Shown piece after piece: positions 59,609 to 64,000 of a stretch of 64,000 nt of DNA (the first letter of the stretch is position 1; each line of letters begins with the position of its first letter). Origin of the DNA: a virus. Location: the IMG/VR virus record IMGVR_UViG_3300045988_117195, positions 31,385 to 95,384 of that record. The stretch is one strand, 5' to 3'. Both the position numbers and the translations under genes were made by a program. Under the pieces are notes generated by a model. The model was not told where the DNA came from. It saw only the letters and a list, made by a program, of their open reading frames with translations, and did not search any database.

Positions 59609-59890
59609 TCACACTTCTTTCGTTAGTTTATCATAATATGCTTTCAATTCCGGTGAAGCATATTCCATAAATGCCTCAAATAAACATGGTACTTCTACTA
59701 TCGCGTATATAGCGCACCCTTTCATCGTTGAAAGCTGTTCAAGATCATTACTGTACAGGCACGTAACATAAGCACCTACATTAAATACATGTAAATCTAT
59801 CCTTACGTATTCCATACATAAAGATAATGACTTAAACAAATCCTTTACATCATTCTTATCAAAGAGTTCTACAAATTCTCTCAATTTCAT
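59609..59890 (-). CDS. hypothetical protein
   Basis: ORF in minus block. Confidence 0.4.
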   Translation of the reverse strand: MKLREFVELFDKNDVKDLFKSLSLCMEYVRIDLHVFNVGAYVTCLYSNDLEQLSTMKGCAIYAIVEVPCLFEAFMEYASPELKAYYDKLTKEV

Positions 59891-60270
59891 CTTACTACCC
59901 TTTCCACGTGTTTAATTAATACTACTGCCATCCCTTTGCCGGTTTTTATCGCACATTCCGATCCTTTTATCCATTCTACACATCCTACATACTTTTCTGT
60001 AGAATGAAAACCTGGATTGTATTTCCCGGATGTACTAAACTCTACCGTATCCCCTACCTTCAGATCCTCAAAAGCAATAGCCCATGTGGTCCAAATTCTA
60101 TCATGTCTTCCAGGCTGAATGGCTCCGATTACGCCTTTCTTACGACCGTTTTTTATTGCCCTTAGTATTATCTTCCTATCACCTTCGATAAGGCTGCAAA
60201 AGCGCCCGTAAAAGGTCAAATCAACCTGTTTTCCTCCTATTTCTTCTCTTATTTTTGTTATTCTGTTCAT
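59887..60270 (-). CDS. ASCH/PUA-like domain protein (tentative)
   Basis: EGDRKIILRAIK and KVGDTVEF resemble ASCH GxKxxExR and beta-barrel core. Confidence 0.4.
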   Translation of the reverse strand: MNRITKIREEIGGKQVDLTFYGRFCSLIEGDRKIILRAIKNGRKKGVIGAIQPGRHDRIWTTWAIAFEDLKVGDTVEFSTSGKYNPGFHSTEKYVGCVEWIKGSECAIKTGKGMAVVLIKHVERVVR

Positions 60271-60514
60271 TTTCTGATTTTGTTTTATTTTTTTCTTTGT
60301 TTTTTCTATCTTCTATAGAAGATGATAATAACATTATCTTTTCTATGTTACTTTTTGACTGTAAAAAAGAATCGCATTTCATTACTACTACCACCTTCTT
60401 AAGTTCCCCATTATCATACAGCGATACACGCATCATGTTTTGCACCTCGTCCACTATCAGACCTGGAGTAGTCTTAGCCATTTTGCGTAGCTTATTATAC
60501 TCCGGTCTTTCCAT
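60221..60514 (-). CDS. hypothetical basic protein
   Basis: ORF in minus block. Confidence 0.35.
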   Translation of the reverse strand: MERPEYNKLRKMAKTTPGLIVDEVQNMMRVSLYDNGELKKVVVVMKCDSFLQSKSNIEKIMLLSSSIEDRKNKEKNKTKSENEQNNKNKRRNRRKTG

Positions 60515-60779
60515 TTCCTCTGTTTATTACTCTATAGTATTTATCCTTATCCCCTTCTTTCAACTTCTCCAGATAGAAAATTCCATCATGTAAATGAGAC
60601 AAACAAAACCTGTATCCGTATTTCTGTACTCTTCTTACATGATCCCGCAGTCTTATCTCTTCACTTTTGTCTTGTACTTTGATTTTAATACTGTCTCCTT
60701 CTTTGATTGTGTATAAAATAGTTTGAATCTCTTCTTTTTTCATCTTATAAAATATTTTAACGGCAGCACCTATACTCAC
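60495..60779 (-). CDS. hypothetical protein
   Basis: ORF in minus block. Confidence 0.4.
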   Translation of the reverse strand: MSIGAAVKIFYKMKKEEIQTILYTIKEGDSIKIKVQDKSEEIRLRDHVRRVQKYGYRFCLSHLHDGIFYLEKLKEGDKDKYYRVINRGNGKTGV

Positions 60780-60806
60780 GCACCACTACTGCCTTATGTT
60801 TAACAA

Positions 60807-61616
60807 TTAAATACTTAACTCTTCAATGGTCAAGCCTTTTTCTTTTGCCCACTTTAGCATCGCGCATAATTCTGTTTCTGACTTATATTTCGGATCACGC
60901 CACGCCCATCCGAATTTATCCAGGACATGATGATATAATTCGTCGGCCTTTGCCGTGTAAATGTCTTTGAATAAATGCTCCGAACCTTCCGGTATAAGCA
61001 TCTCTGTTGTTGCAAAATCGGAATACGATAAACATCCGTAAGCATATTCTGTTATTTCACTCCATGCTTCTCCGGCTTTAAATCCAAATTCTTTTACAAA
61101 AGCCAAAGTTAGATACATATTTAATAATATTGTTACATCATATCCGGAATCCGACTTTCTTTCTATTATTTCCTTTTCAAATTCCTTTAAATCTTCAGGC
61201 CCTAAAAAGATGTATCCTGATACCGACCGGTAATTAGTCTCCGCATACTTCTTGCATTTATCATCATTGACAATCTTACTAATGTTAGATAACATCTTTT
61301 GCCTCCATTCATCACAAAACTCTACCTCTACGTTCATCCAATCAGTACCATAATTATATTCTTTCGGATATCCGACCGATGTTACCTTTATACTATTCAC
61401 GCCATATCCGTAAAGGCGTTCACTTACCTCATTCGCCCATTCCTGTACAAAAGGAATAAACTTATTGTAATAAGAATCAAAATCAAAATCCGATTCCTCC
61501 TCATATTCTGGCATCTCTTCATAATCCTGTTCAAAGAAATGACGAGGATCTGCTATTGTTTCGTAGAAACTTACGTTAATGAAACAAAACTCGTTAGTTG
61601 TCGTTTTTAATATCAT
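60807..61616 (-). CDS. hypothetical acidic protein
   Basis: ORF in minus block. Confidence 0.5.
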   Translation of the reverse strand: MILKTTTNEFCFINVSFYETIADPRHFFEQDYEEMPEYEEESDFDFDSYYNKFIPFVQEWANEVSERLYGYGVNSIKVTSVGYPKEYNYGTDWMNVEVEFCDEWRQKMLSNISKIVNDDKCKKYAETNYRSVSGYIFLGPEDLKEFEKEIIERKSDSGYDVTILLNMYLTLAFVKEFGFKAGEAWSEITEYAYGCLSYSDFATTEMLIPEGSEHLFKDIYTAKADELYHHVLDKFGWAWRDPKYKSETELCAMLKWAKEKGLTIEELSI

Positions 61617-61867
61617 AACTTTTTGTATTTACGTACATTTTTCTTGCCATAGAATCTACACATGGCACGAATCTGACTATAAAATACTTTTGTCCTCCTG
61701 GCCTCAAAGTATTTAAACATTTCTTCATTCTTTGTTTCCCAAACGTAATCCGTTTGGGAACTCATGCGATCTTTCTCCTTGCGTGAATAATGGTAATATG
61801 ATACCACAACACGTTTCATACCATTCTTTACAGGTACGATATTTACGTCTATACTATTCTCTGTCAT
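61613..61867 (-). CDS. hypothetical protein
   Basis: ORF in minus block. Confidence 0.4.
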   Translation of the reverse strand: MTENSIDVNIVPVKNGMKRVVVSYYHYSRKEKDRMSSQTDYVWETKNEEMFKYFEARRTKVFYSQIRAMCRFYGKKNVRKYKKL

Positions 61868-61986
61868 ATTATTATTGTTTTATGCATTATACAAATACAA
61901 AGAGCGCATACCTTCACAGGCCGGCGCTCCTTTCAATAAAAATGAAAAAACTAATATTACATAAACATATTGTTTTCTACTCTTTA

Positions 61987-62220
61987 TTACAATACTTTTG
62001 TTCCGCAATTATTATATCTTCCGTACTCTTTTTTCGTATCATTCAAGATTTCAAAAACCATCTTCTTGTGATCTTCGTTTGGTAACCTATCCTTAACAGC
62101 CGATATTACGCCCGCTATAGACGTAAAGCCTGAATCTGTTATTGAACACAGCAACACGCCTCTGTCGGCTCCGGTGCTTATTGCTGACGCCTTTATAATA
62201 TCATTCTTATATATTCTCAT
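61987..62220 (-). CDS. hypothetical protein
   Basis: ORF in minus block. Confidence 0.4.
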   Translation of the reverse strand: MRIYKNDIIKASAISTGADRGVLLCSITDSGFTSIAGVISAVKDRLPNEDHKKMVFEILNDTKKEYGRYNNCGTKVL

Positions 62221-62241
62221 AACTTTTTTGTTTTATTGTTT

Positions 62242-62336
62242 GTGAGATGCCCAGAATCGAACCAGGACCGGCACATACGCACCGGCACGCCGCGTCATCC
62301 CCTCTATGATGCAGAAATAGGCATGCCTATCCTCAC
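62242..62336 (-). tRNA. putative tRNA or tRNA-like element A (canonical T-arm GGTTCGATTC and 3' acceptor half ...ATCTCAC; 5' half non-canonical, anticodon undetermined)
   Basis: GC-rich 95-nt island in 175-bp intergenic gap; minus-strand CCTGG-TTCGATT-CTGGG T-arm followed by CATCTCA-C; preceded by palindrome TAGGCATGCCTA. Confidence 0.35.
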
Positions 62337-62395
62337 GAACCGACATGCCAAAACCCAAAACTTAATTTGATGAATAAAATAGATTAACAAAAATA

Positions 62396-62710
62396 CTATT
62401 CTAATTCTTTTATAATATCTTTCACAATATTCAGCCTTACCTCCTTCGTTTCTGGACTAATACAACCAAACCACCCATAAAACTTTCTTGTTTCCTCTGG
62501 TTCTGTGGCCATACTTATCTTCTCCTCCAATTCCGGGAAATATATTCTCACCATTTCGTCTGAACGAAACTCATAGATATTTTTATGTGTTTTGAAATAC
62601 ATAAACACTACATTTCTTAACGCAACACATATGTATTCCCCATCCTCTAACCTATCAATCATCTCATATACCTTTTTCCATATGAATAATCGCTCTTCTT
62701 TTGTAAACAT
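62396..62710 (-). CDS. hypothetical protein
   Basis: ORF in minus block. Confidence 0.45.
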   Translation of the reverse strand: MFTKEERLFIWKKVYEMIDRLEDGEYICVALRNVVFMYFKTHKNIYEFRSDEMVRIYFPELEEKISMATEPEETRKFYGWFGCISPETKEVRLNIVKDIIKELE

Positions 62711-62724
62711 ATCCTTCTTTATTT

Positions 62725-63066
62725 TTATGGTATTATTTGACTGTATGCAGACTTTTCCATGTACACAATATTATGCTCCTGTCCAAATATCTTCTTTGCC
62801 ACCTCTTTCTTTATCGCACAATATCTTCCTGTACGATACGGATTCTTTTGATCTGATCCATCCTCGACTTCGATAATAAAACAACCTCCGTCATCTATTA
62901 TCTTTTTGCAATTGTCACATATTTCTCCCGTGCATATATGATGCGGCGCCTGCCCTTTGATGTTATTCCCTAATAAAGCAATCCCCATCTCTTCACCGCA
63001 TACTATGCATAGTTCTATGGATGGATTCAACCCATGCTCTGGATGCAATACAATACCGTCTTTCAT
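62725..63066 (-). CDS. Cys-rich hypothetical protein
   Basis: ORF in minus block; CIVCGEE...C..C..C. Confidence 0.45.
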   Translation of the reverse strand: MKDGIVLHPEHGLNPSIELCIVCGEEMGIALLGNNIKGQAPHHICTGEICDNCKKIIDDGGCFIIEVEDGSDQKNPYRTGRYCAIKKEVAKKIFGQEHNIVYMEKSAYSQIIP

Positions 63067-63467
63067 TTTCTATCCTCCTTTATTAATTCTATTATAAACT
63101 TTTTATCTTGTTCCCACAATGGCAGCCCTTCTTTTACTGTGTATGCCACTGTTTCCCTCTCTCCTATTAATCGCACGGCAATCTCTCTTGCTTTCAAGTC
63201 ATCCTCCTCATGCGATTTGTTTATTAAATCATAGGCACATGATTCCACCTTTTGCCTTTCGATTATTATCGAACCCATTAACTCGCTTATATGCGATCCT
63301 AAAAACGATAAGACATTAATAGCTTTCCCAATATCATTTGAAATAGCACTTGCTAAATACATCTTATCCATATACTCCGGCAAAGCCTCGTATGCCGTTT
63401 CTATGTTTTTATACTGATTTTCGTTTACCTCCCTTTTAATCAGTTCTTCAAATTCTTCTTTTAACAT
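63063..63467 (-). CDS. hypothetical protein (start moved to MLKEEF to avoid tRNA-like element)
   Basis: ORF 63063-63536; N-terminal 23 codons coincide with tRNA-like element B. Confidence 0.45.
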   Translation of the reverse strand: MLKEEFEELIKREVNENQYKNIETAYEALPEYMDKMYLASAISNDIGKAINVLSFLGSHISELMGSIIIERQKVESCAYDLINKSHEEDDLKAREIAVRLIGERETVAYTVKEGLPLWEQDKKFIIELIKEDRK

Positions 63468-63488
63468 GTTCTTCCCTATTTTAATGTT

Positions 63489-63535
63489 GTGTGAGATCGC
63501 CGGAATCGAACCGACTTGCTGCACCATGAATCCCA
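63489..63535 (-). ncRNA. tRNA-like element B: 3' half of a tRNA (GTCGG-TTCGATT-CCGGC T-arm plus GATCTCA-C acceptor strand) without recognisable 5' half
   Basis: Shares TGTGAGAT-NCC-GGAATCGAACC 3' signature with element A. Confidence 0.3.
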
Positions 63536-63543
63536 TAAATCAA

Positions 63544-63571
63544 ATGCTCCGATCTTCGCAGATGGGAGCAT
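63544..63571 (-). terminator. minus-strand hairpin terminator (ATGCTCC-c-ATCT-GCGA-AGAT-c-GGAGCAT, GNRA loop) then TTTGATTTAT
   Basis: Extended near-perfect inverted repeat immediately 5' (minus-strand sense) of element B. Confidence 0.4.
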
Positions 63572-63744
63572 TCTGTCTAAAGCATAAGAAAATTAATGAA
63601 GAAAATTTTTCTCACTTACGCCATAGCATCTAAAATAGCTATCAACACTATTTCTATGACAAGCACAATAGAGAATGTCTTAAATATCTTTTTCATATCT
63701 CCTCCTTTTTTATCTGTTCTTTTCACGTTCCACAATAAACTGTT

Positions 63745-63826
63745 CCGGCTCTGCTCCGAACTACGTTCCACCTACAACCGCAGGCCTTAGCCCAAGGCGC
63801 CGCCTACTCCCCCTCTATGGCAGCCT
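63745..63826 (-). other. GC-rich element C sharing a 27-nt motif (CGCCGC.T..TCCCC(C)TCTATG) with tRNA-like element A; degenerate copy or related structured RNA
   Basis: 63797-63824 vs 62287-62314 about 20/27 identical; lies in ORF-poor terminal 450 bp. Confidence 0.25.
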
Positions 63827-64000
63827 GTTCGTACCTACAAATCCAATCTCCATCTACACAACTATCACTACGCGATAATAAACATTTATCCTTATAACAA
63901 TCATAAAAAATACACCTATCACAACTGTAATCCTTAACGTCTACACAGCTAACTACCTTAGCATATACTATACCATCACTGCCTTCTATTCCTTTTATCC

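Noticed and set aside
60807-61616. ArdA-like anti-restriction protein
   Set aside because: Only general acidity is shared; no ArdA motif could be aligned by eye.
63468-63536. N-terminal 23 codons of ORF 63063-63536 (MGFMVQQVGSIPAISHNIKIGKN)
   Set aside because: Coincides exactly with the tRNA-like T-arm/acceptor element B; an internal ATG at 63467 gives a cleaner start.
1-64000. CRISPR array, rRNA, integrase/attP with integrase, canonical tRNA with assignable anticodon
   Set aside because: No regularly spaced direct repeats, no rRNA-like conserved stretches, no tyrosine/serine recombinase motifs; the tRNA-like elements could not be folded into a full cloverleaf by hand.

Overview
AT-rich 64-kb window that reads as part of a large tailed dsDNA phage genome. 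There is no Shine-Dalgarno at most starts, which suggests a Bacteroidota-type phage; a crAss-like affinity is only a guess from the architecture. Two convergent transcription blocks meet at 21.45-21.82 kb. The plus-strand block (1-21452) holds very large probable virion/structural genes (1246 aa, 752 aa, 2140 aa) plus odd low-complexity proteins (a Gly/Cys-rich membrane protein and an RGG/ER-repeat protein), punctuated by hairpin terminators with GNRA loops. The minus-strand block (21821-63467) is a dense array of about 85 small-to-medium genes. It includes a replication/recombination module: SF2 DExH helicase, Cas4-like Fe-S PD-(D/E)XK nuclease, DnaB-like helicase, TOPRIM/zinc-finger primase and a second PD-(D/E)XK nuclease. 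It also includes a MazG-like dNTP pyrophosphohydrolase, a KilA-N-like protein, and several accessory modules worth attention: a complete acyl-carrier-protein / NfeD / flotillin operon inside the replication module; a Panacea (DUF4065) antitoxin-like gene; a CCA-adding-enzyme-like nucleotidyltransferase; an ABC-type ATPase with a DUF1566 partner; tandem paralogs; and two to three GC-rich tRNA-like elements with canonical T-arm signatures but non-canonical 5' halves. No CRISPR array, rRNA or integrase was seen. Functional calls rest on motifs I could read directly in the translations. No database search was possible.
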